NCBI RefSeq assembly: GCF_004010195.1
Contig: NW_025215096.1
Coordinates: 1-63,030 of the forward strand
DNA length: 63,030 bases
Source of the DNA: Chiloscyllium plagiosum
Lineage: Eukaryota
Direction: 5' to 3'
Under the pieces are notes generated by a model. The model was given only the letters and a program-made list of their open reading frames with translations, had not been told where the DNA came from and ran no database searches. The position numbers were made by a program, and so were the translations under genes. Numbering within the stretch: position 1 is the stretch's first letter; each line of letters opens with the position of its first letter. Below are positions 49,750 to 62,330 of the stretch, one piece after another.

Positions 49750-51450
49750 TCGAGTCATTGACTCAAACATCATTGAAACAGAACGCTGTTCCAACCAGTC
49801 CATGCTACCGTCTACAGAACCTAACGTACTACCAACTCCGTGTACTGGGCCCATCTCTGTCTTAACATTTCCTATTCATACACACGTCCAAACTTCTTTT
49901 AAACGTTTTAGCTTATCCACATTCACTACTGCTTCTGGAACTTTGCACACGAAACATACCATGTAGAATAAAACAAAGTGCACCACATATCTTTTTTATA
50001 ACTTTTCTCCTCTCACCTTAAAATGTGTCCACTAGTCCTGAAATACCTCAAAGAGGTAAAGTACAGTTGCAGTAGAGCTAATCTGTACCCCTCACGATTT
50101 TAAAAAACCTTTATAGGATAAACGTCAACCTACTAACTCGTTTGAAAGAAGTCCCATCTTATCCAGCCTTCCCTTACAGCTCAATCCCTTCATTCCTCGC
50201 AACATACTGGTTAATCTCTTGTGAACTCTCTCCAGCTTAATTTTTTTCTTCGTCCAACAGGTCAACCAGCCTCATCAAATTCCTGTACAACCTCAGCATG
50301 ACGTCCCAATACCAACACAAAATAAAAACTGATCAATGAATGAAAGCATTTTCACAGCATTTTTAACGAATCTGTCGATATGTGACACGACGTTCAAATT
50401 CGATTACGTGACCTATTCACATATCAATTACGCAGCACTATTCAAGGCAGTACTTTTAATTGCACAAGTGCTGCATCCCTTTATAATTCAAAATGCAGAA
50501 TCTTCCATCTACCCAAATTAAAATCTCTCTGTCATTCCTTTGATCATATACCTAATCTTAGGTAACCTGAGATAACTTTCTTTTCTGTCTATTGTACCAC
50601 CATGGAGAGTTATAGAATCCTTCAGCACAGAAACAGGCCGTTTGGCACAAACTGGTTCATACTGATCATAATGCCAATCCACATTAACCGCATGTCTCTG
50701 CACTTGGCCCATATCATTCTAATCATTTGATTTCCATGTATTTGTCCAAACGCATGTTCAATGTTCTTTAAGTACACACAAAACCTTCTGCTCTCATCTC
50801 ATTATATGCATACCGCTACTTTTGGTGTCAACTACAAACTGATGATCCGTGCCTTCCATATTGAATTCTAAAACATTTACATAAGTCACAAACAAAGAAG
50901 CCAGCACGGATCCCTATGGAACACTGCTCGTCACAAGTCTCTAGTCTGACAAACAACCCTCCAAAATCTCATCCTTTCTCTTGTTGTTAATTGAATTTTG
51001 TATCCAATTGGCAGGCTACTGTGAACCCCATGTGATCTAACTTTACTCATTAGTCTTCCATGCAGAATCTTGTCAAATGCTTTCTTAAAGCCGAAGATAA
51101 GTAATGTCTATTGTTCTTTCCTCATCAATCCTCTTGTGTACTTGATCAAACACTCAAACAAATTAGTGAGAAACAGTTTCCACCTCACGAATCCATGCTG
51201 ATGATCCCCTATATTTCCTGGCCTCTGCAAATACACTCTTCCAAAACCACCTATAAAATACTGCGAACCACCAATTTCAAACTCACAATTCTGTACATCC
51301 TCGCCTTTCCCCTATACCCGGTCTTCACAACGTTCGTCACTGTCCAGTTATTTGGAATCTCACCCATATTTAGAGATTACACAATTATTTCAGCAAGGAT
51401 TCTTGCAATTTCCACGCTTACCTCCCACAATGCTTTGGGATTCAGTTCTG
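49750..51450 (-). mobile_element. Decayed CR1 RT and 3' fragments (nested)
   Basis: CR1-like 3' ends at about 49780 and 50610; SVP*GSVL relic at about 50900-50930. Confidence 0.65.
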
Positions 51451-51852
51451 ACACAGAGTTAACCTCGATGCTAATTGAAACCAGCAACACAGAAAAATAT
51501 TTACCCCGTGCTGTAATCTGTGAAAATTCGAGAGGCAAAGCGTATCTCAAAGGTCACGATTTAAAGGGAAAATTAATAACTTTATTCTTTACTTCTTACA
51601 GAGAATATGAAACAACTATTTACAACTACTTTCTCTTAAACCATCTTTAACTTTCACTCCACAATAGCAATCAGACTTTAAAAATTTCCAGTGATGATGT
51701 AAGAAAAAAATCATGGTTCAAAACCAATAAGCTTAACCATGTCTCCTTTTGTGGATTTTTCAGTGTTGATTCTCTCCAGGTTTCCATCGATGTTATGCCA
51801 TGCAAACACATTCCCCAGGATGGTACATTTGTGAGATCTCTTCAGTTATTAA

Positions 51853-52710
51853 GTCATAGAGTCATAGAGATGTACAGCATGGAAACAGACCCTCCGGTCC
51901 AACCCATCCATGTCGACTAGATATCCCAACCCAATCGATCCCACCTGCCAGCACCCGGCCCATATCCCGCCAAAATCTTCCTATTCATATACCCATCCAA
52001 ATGCCTCTTAAATGTTGCAATTGTACCAGCCTCCACCACATCCTCTGGCAGCTCATTCCATACACGTACCACACTCTGCGTGAAAATGTTGCTCCTTAGG
52101 TCGCTTTTATATCTTTCCGCTTTCATCCTAAACCTATGCACTCTAGTTCCAGACTCCCCGATCCCAGGGAAAAAAACTTTGTCTATTTATCCTATTCATG
52201 TTCCTAATAATTTTGAAAACATCTATAAGGTCACCCCTGAGCCTCCGACGCTCCAGAGAAAACAGCCCCAAACTGTTCAGCCTTTCCCAGATCCTCCAAC
52301 CCTGGCAACATCCTTGTAAATCTTTTCTGAACCCTTTCAAGTTTCACAACACCTTTCCGATAGGAAGGAGACGAGAATTGCACGCAATATTCCAACAGTG
52401 GCCTAACCAATGTCCTACACAGCCGCAACATGACCTCCCAACACCTTGTATTCAATACTCTGACCAATAAAGGAAAGCATACCAAACGCCTTCTTCACTA
52501 TCCTATCTCTCTGCAACTCCACTTTCAAGAAGCTATGAACCTGCACTCCAAGGTCTCTTTGTTCAGCAACACTCCCTAGGACCTTACCATTAAGTGTATA
52601 AGTCCTGCTAAGATTTGTTTTCCCAAAATGCAGCACCTCGCATTTATCTAAATTAAACTCTATCTGCCGCTTCTCAGCACATCGGCCCATCTGGTCCAGA
52701 TCCTGCTGTA
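51853..52710 (-). mobile_element. 5'-truncated CR1 LINE 3' end, relatively young
   Basis: [51 protein letters not shown]; (CTCTATGA)n tail at 51853-51870. Confidence 0.92.
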
Positions 52711-52714
52711 AGTT

Positions 52715-53320
52715 TCTGACACAGTACTCTCATTAGCTTTCAAAATGTCCTGTTTTGTACACCAAAACATCAGATTATTTCATTGGTTGTAATATTGCCA
52801 AAATGCGAAATTTCAACCTGATTTTGGTTTGGGATCTTGATTCATAATTTAACCTGATGGCAATCCAACTCTGCTGGCTGTTTCGAACAAACGTCACAAT
52901 GTTACCTTGTTCAAAAAAGGTTGTGCTTCGTCCTTGCAAGTTTTCAACTCTTTTCTTCACAGCACTTGTACAACAATACACTTGTTCAGACTCTGGAGAT
53001 TTATCCGCCTTTTCTGCTGACTGAGGCCTACAGCAATTATTTTCCTGTAATATGAAGTGTTTATCAGTTTGTATTTCTATGATTTCTGTATCCTCCTTAA
53101 GTCCAATATATCGTTGATGAACAGATTTCCAAAACTGAACTGTTCCATCTTGCTTGCATTTGATCTGAATCCCTCTAATCACTTTTTCTTCAACTAAGTG
53201 TCCAATGTCTTTAAAATAATTTAACAGTACCTCCACGTACCAGTTGCTCTAGTTGTACCAGTTGTTTCCATATACAAACCATCATCTGTGTGAAAAATGA
53301 TATCTTGTCATTCCATGGAA
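52715..53320 (-). mobile_element. Possible decayed LTR-retrotransposon (Copia-like) internal fragment
   Basis: Only weak motif relics (RATGTWRYC, FGV) in an A-rich minus strand; the ORF at 52775-53236 itself has no recognisable domain. Confidence 0.25.
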
Positions 53321-53999
53321 ATCTTATGAGTTCTGGACTCCCGTATTCAGGGGGAAAAGACCTTTGCTGTTCACCTTATCGAGGGCACTCATGATTTTAT
53401 GAATCTCTATAAAGTCATTCTTCAAACTCCGATGCTGCAGTCCGACAAGTCAAAACCGATACAGTCTCTCCTCGTTATATTAACAATCCAGTCCTGGGAA
53501 CATGTAAACGCTTTGGTGCATGAAGCCACACAGAGCCGAATGCAATCCAGCCGTTAGAAACATCACCTAATGGCAATTTCTTTGACGCTTGGTCAAATAG
53601 TTTAGGAAAACCACTCGTCCTCTTCATACATGGAGAGTGAATATTTAGTCCTGCTTTTTCCACAGTAAAAACTGGCGTGAAAATTAGTTTAATGTCTCTT
53701 CCATCTGCTGAGCTCAAACGCAATGTCAAACTCCGTGATCTTTAAGGTACTATTTATCGAGTTGTTCTCTTGCCAGATATGTACTTGTAGACCCTCTTTG
53801 GATTATCTTCAGCCCTGGTCGATTAGATAATTTCGAATGCCCACTCTGCCTGCCTGGTCAGCATCTTATTGAAGTCTCTGCAAAAAATTCATTTGAACCC
53901 TGTTGTCTGTCTGATATATGATACTCTTTTGATTTGACTAGAACCTCAACAGCTTTATTTATCCATGATCACCTCTGGAGAGTGTCCAGCCTAACAAAT

Positions 54000-55330
54000 T
54001 CAGGTTCATATCTAATTCTGTCATTGGGAAAGTGTTAGTCGATTATTAAAGTTGGAATAACAGACCATGAGAAATGTATTAAAGACTAAAGTAGATTCAT
54101 CGCGGCTTTATGAAGAAGAAATCAGACCTAACACGTTTATAAATGTTTTTAGATCATAACAAACATGATATATAAAGGAGAATGCAGAAAATGGAACATA
54201 TCTGAATTTCTAAACTTATTCAAAACGGTGTTTTATATGATGCCACTTTACAAGCATAGAAGCATGAACCCACACTGTTGGGGTTATGTATTAGTCGAGT
54301 ATTGGGGAATGAAATGAGAGGCGAGGAAATGAGGGAATTTTTATGACGGTAAATTGTAACTTGCGGCTTACCAGTGACATCAGTACTGGTGTCACAGCTG
54401 TTGACAACATATACTAATCACCTGTATAACAGAAGTTAATGTACTGTTGCTTAGTTTGGAGATGACACAAAATAGTTGGGGATGCAAGTAGTGAGGGTGA
54501 TACAGCAACATTGTGGACGGACAGAATCAGGATAAACAAATGGACAAAAACGCAGTAGCATATAACATGCGAAAAAAAGAGGTTTATGCTTTTTAGCAGG
54601 AATATTAGCAGAAATAAATATTACGTGGGGAAATCCACTGCACAAAGCGTCAGCATACAGAACACTTTGCTTCCTTGCAAATGAAAATGAAAAGCTGGCA
54701 TTCAGTTTCAGCAGGTAATAGGAAGTCAAATAGATTGTTTCACTTTATTTAAAGGGAATGAGGACATTTTTTTTCACATATATGTGGCATTAGTCACATT
54801 ACAGTTGGATTAATGTGAACAGATTTCGTCCCCCTATTTTAGGAAAACCACTTCAGGGAATTTTAACACAAGTCATCCTGATTATGGGAGACTATTCTCG
54901 GGAGATGAGATTGACAACATTGCTACTGTACTCATTGGAGTGCAGAAGAATGAAACAAGACTTCATTGAGATACATTATATTCTGAGGAGTAAGATAGGA
55001 TAATCTCAGGGAGAATGATTTGCCTTGTTTGAGAATCGAAGACCAGCGAACATAATCACAGAGTAAGTAGTCACCTACATAAGACAGATGTGGAGGAATA
55101 GCCTTCTCTTCGAGCCGACTGAATATGTGAAAGTATTTACTGCAGACAGCTCTAGAAATTGGCTGCACAGTGTATCCAAGTCTGTGACAAACAGAGTTTA
55201 ATCAGCAAGGGATTCAATGGTTAGCTGATATTGCAGCAAAGTGAATCTATGGATTATCAGGTCACTATGAATAGTGAGAGCAGATTGTATAGGTTGATTT
55301 GCCGACTTCTGCTCTTGCATCGCATTGTCT
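54000..55330 (+). mobile_element. Heavily decayed CR1 RT/3' fragment
   Basis: FGDDTKI relic at about 54455; YSLECRRMKQDFIEIH at about 54930. Confidence 0.7.
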
Positions 55331-55390
55331 TTTTTTCTGGACTTCAAATTGCTTCTGTTTTTCTTTTATCAATTAATTACCCGGGCATTG

Positions 55391-55575
55391 GATGAAGAAG
55401 ATTTACAGTGCGAAGGCTTAAAACCAAATATCATTTCAGCATCTGATGGATTTGAGTGGGAGCAGCGGCCGAGTTGAGGTGAACCCGGGAGACTACAGCT
55501 AAGGTAAGAGTTTTTTGATGAAGAAGATTTACAGTGCGAAGGCTTAAAACCAAATATCATTTCAGCATCTGATGG
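55391..55575 (+). repeat. Identical 59-bp direct repeat flanking a 67-bp insert
   Basis: 55391-55449 is identical to 55517-55575; spacer 55450-55516. Confidence 0.95.
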
Positions 55576-55619
55576 TTTTGTCCAGTTGATTGTTGCCTGA
55601 ATATGATTCACTTTTGAAC

Positions 55620-56065
55620 ATGGAAGGGAAAAGCATCATTCCCAGTGTGGAGAAACTGTACATGTCTTCTACGTGTGGACAGGGATTTAGCAGGTAATCT
55701 GACTTTTCAGAACATGAATACAGTCAGACTAGGGAGAGGCCATTCGTCTGTTTCGAGTGTGGGGTAGAATTCACTTGATCCGTTACCCTGTTTGAACAAC
55801 AAGTCCACACATAGGAAAAGTTTTTTAAATGCCCTGATTGTGCGAAGCGCCTTAAAATCTCGGAGGATGTGTTGACCCATCAACGTGTTGACACTGATGA
55901 CAAACCGTCAGTTGCTCTCAAAATGGGCTGGGATTCAAGTGGTTAATTGGACTCACTGTGCACCCGCCACCCCACTGTGGGGAGAGGCTGTTCGGCTGTA
56001 CTGGTGTGGGAAGAGATTTGATGTGAAATCCAAACTTCTGAAACAACAGCAAGTTCATAAGTCAA
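55620..56065 (+). pseudogene. C2H2 zinc-finger pseudogene
   Basis: MEGKSIIPSVEKLYMSSTCGQGFSR*...RERPFVCFECGVEFT*...KCPDCAKRLKISEDVLTHQRVDTDDKP; three in-frame stops plus a frameshift. Confidence 0.88.
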
Positions 56066-56400
56066 GGAAGTGCCTGGTTTTTACTGTGCTTCATCGTGTG
56101 CCAACGTCTTAACTAGACGTTTTGGTTTGAATTTCAGCTTACTGTGGAGCTGTGCCAAGGAGTTTAACTGTTTCCTAATTGGTAATTTAATGATGCCCGA
56201 TGTGACTTCCTTTCGATGAACTTACTGAATTCCAGCAGAATCTAAGTATGTTCCACGTTCCTCCAGTTCTACAACAGCGAATACTTTCAAAATAAATTCT
56301 TCAGACATCAGAGAAGTGCCTGACTTTCTACACATTGTCTGTACATGAATTGCTTGTGTGACTGAGAAGTCTTAAATGGTGCTAAATAATATGCAGTTAG

Positions 56401-56705
56401 GTGTGGCATGTTGGTGCAATAGTCACCAGTGCTTTCTCACAGGGCCAAGGCCCTTGCTGCAATTGCAGCCTTGGGTGATAATCTGTGTGGCGTTTGCACA
56501 ATCTCTCAATGTCTATGGGTTCCATTCCAAGGCCCAAAGATGTGCAGGTTAGGTGGGTTTACAATTGCTAAATTCTCCAAGAAAATCTGGGTTCGATAGT
56601 TAGCCATGGGAAATGCAGTGTTACAGGAGGAGGGTGGGGCATTACTCTGGGTGGGATGGTGTTTTGAAGGTAGGTGCGAACTTGTTGGGTTGATTGGCCC
56701 GTTTC
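56401..56705 (+). mobile_element. Old HE1-like SINE
   Basis: Degenerate head gtggcatgttggtgcaat, core ccaaagatgtgcaggttagg, end ttgttgggttgattggcccgtttc. Confidence 0.7.
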
Positions 56706-57105
56706 AGTGATTCCGTTTCTCTGAGTCAAATAACCAACTCTGACTTTTTGATTGAACTATAGTCATTGAAACAGCTCCGAATGACTGGGACTGAGACAAT
56801 AACCTGCGAAATCGCTGCAGTGATGTGCGAGGCTTGGGATGATTGACATTCAAAAATCCAAGCATTTGAGCTGGATGATTATACCCAGTGGAGAGTGTTA
56901 CGTTGTTGAGAGCACATATGTTCACTTTAAAATAGTGTATTTTCTGAATGTTGAAGGAAATTGAGAGTGTATGCTTTGCTCGCTGAGCAAAGTTTGGGGG
57001 ACAGGCTGTTCCAAACTAGATACAGGTAACACTTCTCGGTGAAAACCTGAATTTTGCTTGCTGTTTCGACAACAACTCACATTTAACCAATTACATTAAA
57101 TTATA

Positions 57106-57332
57106 GCTGAAAATGTGTTGCTGGAAAAGTGCAGCAGGTCAGGCAGCATCCAAGGAACAGGAGAATCGACGTTTTGGGCATAAGCCCTTCTTCAGCAGAT
57201 TCCTGAAGAAGGGCTTATGCCCGAAACGTCGATTCTCCTGTTCCTTGGATGCTGCCTGACCTGCTACGATTTTCCAGCAACACATTTTCAGCTCTGAACT
57301 CCAGCATCTGCAGTCCTCACGTTCTCCTCGAA
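57106..57332 (+). mobile_element. Young fold-back Penelope-like terminal-repeat insertion
   Basis: Near-perfect inverted arms of about 90 bp around a 7-nt loop; unpaired 3' tail of about 36 nt; 14-bp TSD TACATTAA(A/G)TTATA at 57092-57105 and 57333-57346. Confidence 0.92.
57203..57230 (+). ncRNA. Minimal type I hammerhead ribozyme motif (intact core)
   Basis: CTGAAGA-a-GGGC-ttat-GCCC-GAAA-CGTC; predicted GUC cleavage after 57230; palindromic ACGT in place of stem III; stem I only 2-4 bp. Confidence 0.65.
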
Positions 57333-57871
57333 TACATTAAGTTATACCCAGGATTCCAGAAGCGAATGAAATTTCAATTTTTGTTTTGCTTTGTCATCTG
57401 GAATCTAATCAATGTACACAATTGGTTGTATATAAAACCAATACTTTGAAAACTAGAGTGAGATCTTCTGCTGGACAGCTACCTGCCCATCAAACACCTC
57501 CTCTCTAAGAAATTATAAGGCACTCTCGATCAAAAAGTTCCTTTTTCTGCAAAATATACTCTGTAAAAATGAAAGAAGTTGAAACAATTGAGATGAGCAG
57601 ATAGAAGTTGGAAACAGCGGAGCACATACAAACTATGTGGACTTGAGATTAAGTTGATGTAATGTTTAACAACAGTGTTATTAAAACAGCATGTCAATAG
57701 GTAGCGTTCAGTTAAAGGAAAGAATGCTTAGTTTGTTCATTGTTTTGTTTAGTATTCGCAATAGAGTGAAATGAAAAGTTGGTTTTCTTTAAGTATTGGA
57801 AATTAAAAGTTCTGCGTCACTCACTCACGTTGAAATAGATTGCGAGGTGAGGAGAGGTTTTCCGAGTGATT

Positions 57872-58185
57872 GATTAGATTACTTTCATTAGATTAGATTA
57901 CATTACAGTGTGGAAACAGACCCGTTGGCCCAACAAGTCCACACCGACCAGCAACCTACCCATACCCCTACATTTACCTAACACTACAGACAATTTAACA
58001 TGGCCAGTTCACCTGACCTGCACATCTTTGGACTGTGGGAGGAAATCGGAGCACCCGGAGGAAACCCACTCAGACACGGGGAGAACGTGCAAACTCCACA
58101 TAGTCAATCGCCTGAGGCAGGAATTGAACTCGGGTCTCTGGCGCTGTGAGGCAGCAGTGCTAACCACTGTGTCACCATGCCGCCC
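57872..58185 (-). mobile_element. HE1-like SINE
   Basis: Full head, body and TAGAT tail. Confidence 0.92.
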
Positions 58186-58425
58186 ATTTGCTATTAATTT
58201 GCTATTAATTAACGAGGGATTCGATGTCCTCATTGTAACAATGGTTTCATTTTATTCCAATTGACTCCAGTTTGGCAAAAGCTCTTCAATGTCTTAGTCA
58301 TTCAGACACAGCCTTAATATCAAGGGAAGTCAGTTTCACCTTGCCTTGTGAGTACAGTACTTTATCCACGTTGGACTAATTATGTAATGAGGACAAAAGC
58401 TAAGTGCCTCTGATCGAACACTGCT

Positions 58426-58680
58426 GGGCGGCACGGTGGCACAGTGGTTAGCACTGCTGCCTCACAGCGCCAGAGACCCGGGTTCCCTCCGGGTGCTCCG
58501 GTTTCCTCCCACAGTCCAAAGATGTGCAGGGTCAGGTGAATTGGCCATACTAAATTGCCCATAGTGTTAGGTAAGGGGTAAATGTAGGGGTATGGGTGGG
58601 TTTCGCTTCGGCGGGTCGGTGTGGACTTGTTGGGCCGAAGGGCCTATTTCCACACTGTAATCTAATCTAATCTAATCTAA
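58426..58680 (+). mobile_element. HE1-like SINE with an internal deletion through the B box
   Basis: GGGCGGCACGGTGGCACAGTGGTTAGC head; gggtt|ccctccggg junction deletes about 60 bp; (TCTAA)n tail. Confidence 0.92.
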
Positions 58681-59727
58681 ACACACAACATCAGAGGGCT
58701 CCTTATTGTTGACTGAGTACAGCCTGAAAGCACAGTTATTACTCCCTTCCATCACTTTGCTGATGGTTGAGCATTGATTGACTGGGTTTCTCCTGCTTTT
58801 GTGGACTCGACACAAGTGGGCATTTTTTATAAATCTGTATAAATATGAATGTCGTGGTTACAACTCTCTGTTGTGAAAGCGAAAGCAGGACATTGAATAT
58901 GATGAGCATCGATAATTTTATCGATGGGAAAGACAGGCTTGAAGGCCCAAATAGCCACCTGCTCTTCCGATATATCTATCCTGGGGATCTTTGGGGTGGG
59001 GGAACTGATATAGAATCGTCCAGGATCTACACCATTTCACACTTCTGCCTGGAGATTATTGACAATGTTTTAGTCTTACCTTGTGCACGGATTTTGCTGG
59101 ACGCTGCCTTATGCCCAATGACAGAGCGAGCCTTTGAGATGAGTAGCTCATTTCCAGTCTGGTTTATTATGAGTGAGGACAGAGTAATTTTTCTCCCTCA
59201 CCTGTCTGCGCTGGCACTAGGCTCATCCTCGTTCGCTCTGGTTTGGTGGATTACACTTCCCGTCCCCTGCTCCTATTGGACAGGCGCCGCTGTCAATCAA
59301 CTGTTTAGCATCCATGTGCAGTATTCTGTGAAGCATCGGTGCAGACACAAACCACGGGCTGGAGCCATACTGGCTGGAACCGGAGGCTTGGGAACACTGG
59401 GAGTGTCAGAAGTACCCAATGTTCGCCTAAAAGTCCAAATAAGACTGTTAATTGCTTTGAGTTAGCGTCAGCTGCATAATGTCTTACGGGAACAGGCACA
59501 TCGTGAATATTCTGAGCTGAATCTTATAGAGTTACAAGAGAGAGAGACTGTGGACAGTATTGAATATTAGAAAAACTGTCTTAAATGTTACCAGTATTTA
59601 TTGGAGTCAATTAATCAGCATGAAGGGAAGTAGTAAGCATGATTTCTCACGAGATGCATTCCACATGCAATTGAGTATAAGCAAGAGAACAGGAACTAAG
59701 GGAAAACTGGCAGATTTAGAGAAATCA

Positions 59728-59846
59728 CATTGAATCAACAGTCTCCGGCAGTGAAACTTTTCAGCTATGTCGTTAAATTGGAAAACCCGCATTGAAACGA
59801 CAGTCTCCAGCAGTGAAACATATCAGCCCTGACGTTAAATTGGAGA
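59728..59846 (+). repeat. Diverged tandem duplication, unit about 62 bp
   Basis: cattgaa..acagtctcc.gcagtgaaac.t.tcagc..tg.cgttaaattgga at 59728 and 59790. Confidence 0.85.
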
Positions 59847-60159
59847 AGGCGGACAGGAAATTCAAAACAATTTTTGAAAATCATGAGGGTACAATACAGA
59901 ATCGGTGGTGAGAAGGTGCTCCCACTCTGGAAAGCTTTGAGAATAAGAGTGGAGATTTGAATAAAATTACAAAATAAGACAATGTGATGCAACAAATAAA
60001 CTTCGCACAGTGAGTAGCTAAATGTGGATTTTTTAATGGATCTATGATTTGGACTTTTTCAGTCAAGGGCATTGGAAGATTATTTGATAGGGAGAAATTA
60101 CAGTATTACAGTGGGAGATGTCAGGAAAATAGCACAAAATCAGAAAGCATATCTGTCTG

Positions 60160-61490
60160 CCGTCTGCAAAATTTTAGAAAGGATTCTGAGGGGTAGGATT
60201 TATGACCATCTGGAAGAGCATGGTCTGAATAAGTGCAGTCAGCTGGGCTTTGTGACTAGCAGGTCATGCCTCACAAATCTTATTGAGTTCTTTGAGGCTG
60301 TTACTAGACAAGTTAATAAGGGTCGAGCGGTGGACGTGGTGTACATCGACTTCAGCAAGGCATTTGATAAGGCTCCCCATGGTAGGCTCATTCAGAACCT
60401 CAGGAGGAATGGGATAGTGGGAAATTTAGCTGTCTGGATACAGAATTAGATATCCACAGAAGACAGCGAGTGGTAGTGGAAGGAAAGTACTCTGCCTGAA
60501 AGTCAGTAGTGAGTGGTGTTCCACAAGGCTCTGTTCTTGGTCCCCTACTCTTTGCAGTGTTTATTAATGACTTGGATGAGCAGATTGAAGAAAGGGTAAG
60601 CAAGTTTGCAGCCGACACAAAGGTTCGAGGTTTCGTTGACAGTATACAGGACTGTTGTATTGACAGAGTGACATTGACAGGATGCAGGGTTGGGCTGAAA
60701 GGTGGCAGATGCAGTTCAACCAGGATAAATGCGAAGTGATGCATTTTAGAAGGACGAACTTGAAAGTTGAGTGCAGGATTAAAGACAGGATTCTTGGCCG
60801 TGCGGAAGAACAACGGGATCTTGGTGTGCAGGTATATAGATCCCTTAAATTTGCCACCCAAGTAGTTAGAACTTTTAAGAAAGCATATGGTGCTTTGGCT
60901 TTCATTAACAGGGGGAATGAGTTTAAGAGCCGTGAGATCTTGTTGCAGCTCTTTGAAACATTGGCTAGTCCGCACTTGGAATACTGTGTCCAGTTCTGTT
61001 CGCCCTATTATAGGAAAGATGTGGTTCAGAGGAGGTTTACCAGGATGCTGCCTGGAATGGAGGACTTGTCTTACGAAGAGAGGTTGACTGACCTCGGATC
61101 TTTTCATTGGAAAAAAGAGGGAAGAGATGGTACCTAATTGAGGTGTACAAGATAATGAGAGGCATAGATAGAGTTGATAGTCAGAGACTTTTTCCCAGCG
61201 CAGAAATTGTTAACACGATGGGTCATAGTTTTAAGCTGTTTGGTGGAATGTATAGAAGCGATGTCAGAGGCGGGTTCTTTACGCATAGAGTTGTGAGAGC
61301 ATGGAATGCGTTGCCAGCAGCAGTTGTGGAATCGAAGTCATTGGGGATATTTACGAGACTGCTGGACATGCATATGGTCAGAGAAATTTGAGGGTTCGTA
61401 CATTGGGTTTAACTTACATGAGGATCAATGGTCGGCACAACATGGTGGGCTGAAGGGCCTGTTCTGTGCTGTACTGTTCTATCTTCTATA
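60160..61490 (+). mobile_element. 5'-truncated CR1 LINE (RT and 3' end)
   Basis: [36 protein letters not shown] (catalytic Asp lost), HLEYCVQFC; 3' end like that of 28380-29980. Confidence 0.93.
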
Positions 61491-62129
61491 TTCGTGGAAT
61501 CGTTTTGACTCAAAGAGTTGAATGGCCTCCTCTGTGCCTGAACAAATCTGTGATTCAAAATTACTCATTGTATCTCCACAAAATCAGTCAAGAATTTATC
61601 ACTAATATCTCATATTCAATCTGGTTGCTCAACTATGCTGTGATTAATTATTTCAGAGAATCATTAACTAAATTGCATTATCCAGCACAGCAGTGTTTCC
61701 AGATACACATTTTTAAAAAAACTTCATAAATAACATATCCATAGCAGAATTTCGAATTTGTCGAAGCACGAGGAAGAATGTGGGACAAAGATTTATAAAT
61801 TTGAGATTAACAGAAAGGAAAAATGTTTAACACGATCTGGTTTCCCTGGCAAAGTTCCTGGTCTATATGGACAGAGCTGAATTTTGTTCTTTTTTTGTAA
61901 TTGATGAAAAAGTGAGTTTTTGCTGTTGGGAAAATTAAGCAAGACACTATATTGAGATCTGAAAGAGCCACGCGATTCATCAGCAATGAATGCTACCTCT
62001 CAATGTGTTCATCTGTTACAAGCATGAGCAAAATAGGTTCCCTATGTGGGGAAATAGGCCATTCAGCTTAACATGTTCACACCAACTTACTGCACAGCAT
62101 CCATACTCGAGTTACCCCTCTACCGTCCA

Positions 62130-62330
62130 ACTGTGCATTTCCCATGACCTCCAATATTAACCTGAACACTGTGGGCAATCCACTTCACCAGTACACATTT
62201 GAACTGTAGAAGGAAATATGCACAAGCAAGTAGGGATTGCGAAAATTCCACATAGATTGTCACGCAAGACCAAGGTTGAACCCAGATCCTTGGCGTTGTG
62301 AGGCAGCAGTGCAAACCACCGTTCCACCAA
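62130..62330 (-). mobile_element. Old HE1-like SINE fragment
   Basis: ttgaacccagatccttggcgttgtgaggcagcagtgcaaaccac head in reverse. Confidence 0.7.

Noticed and set aside
58845..59465. 206-aa plus-strand ORF
   Set aside because: No recognisable domain; appears to overlap decayed LINE sequence.
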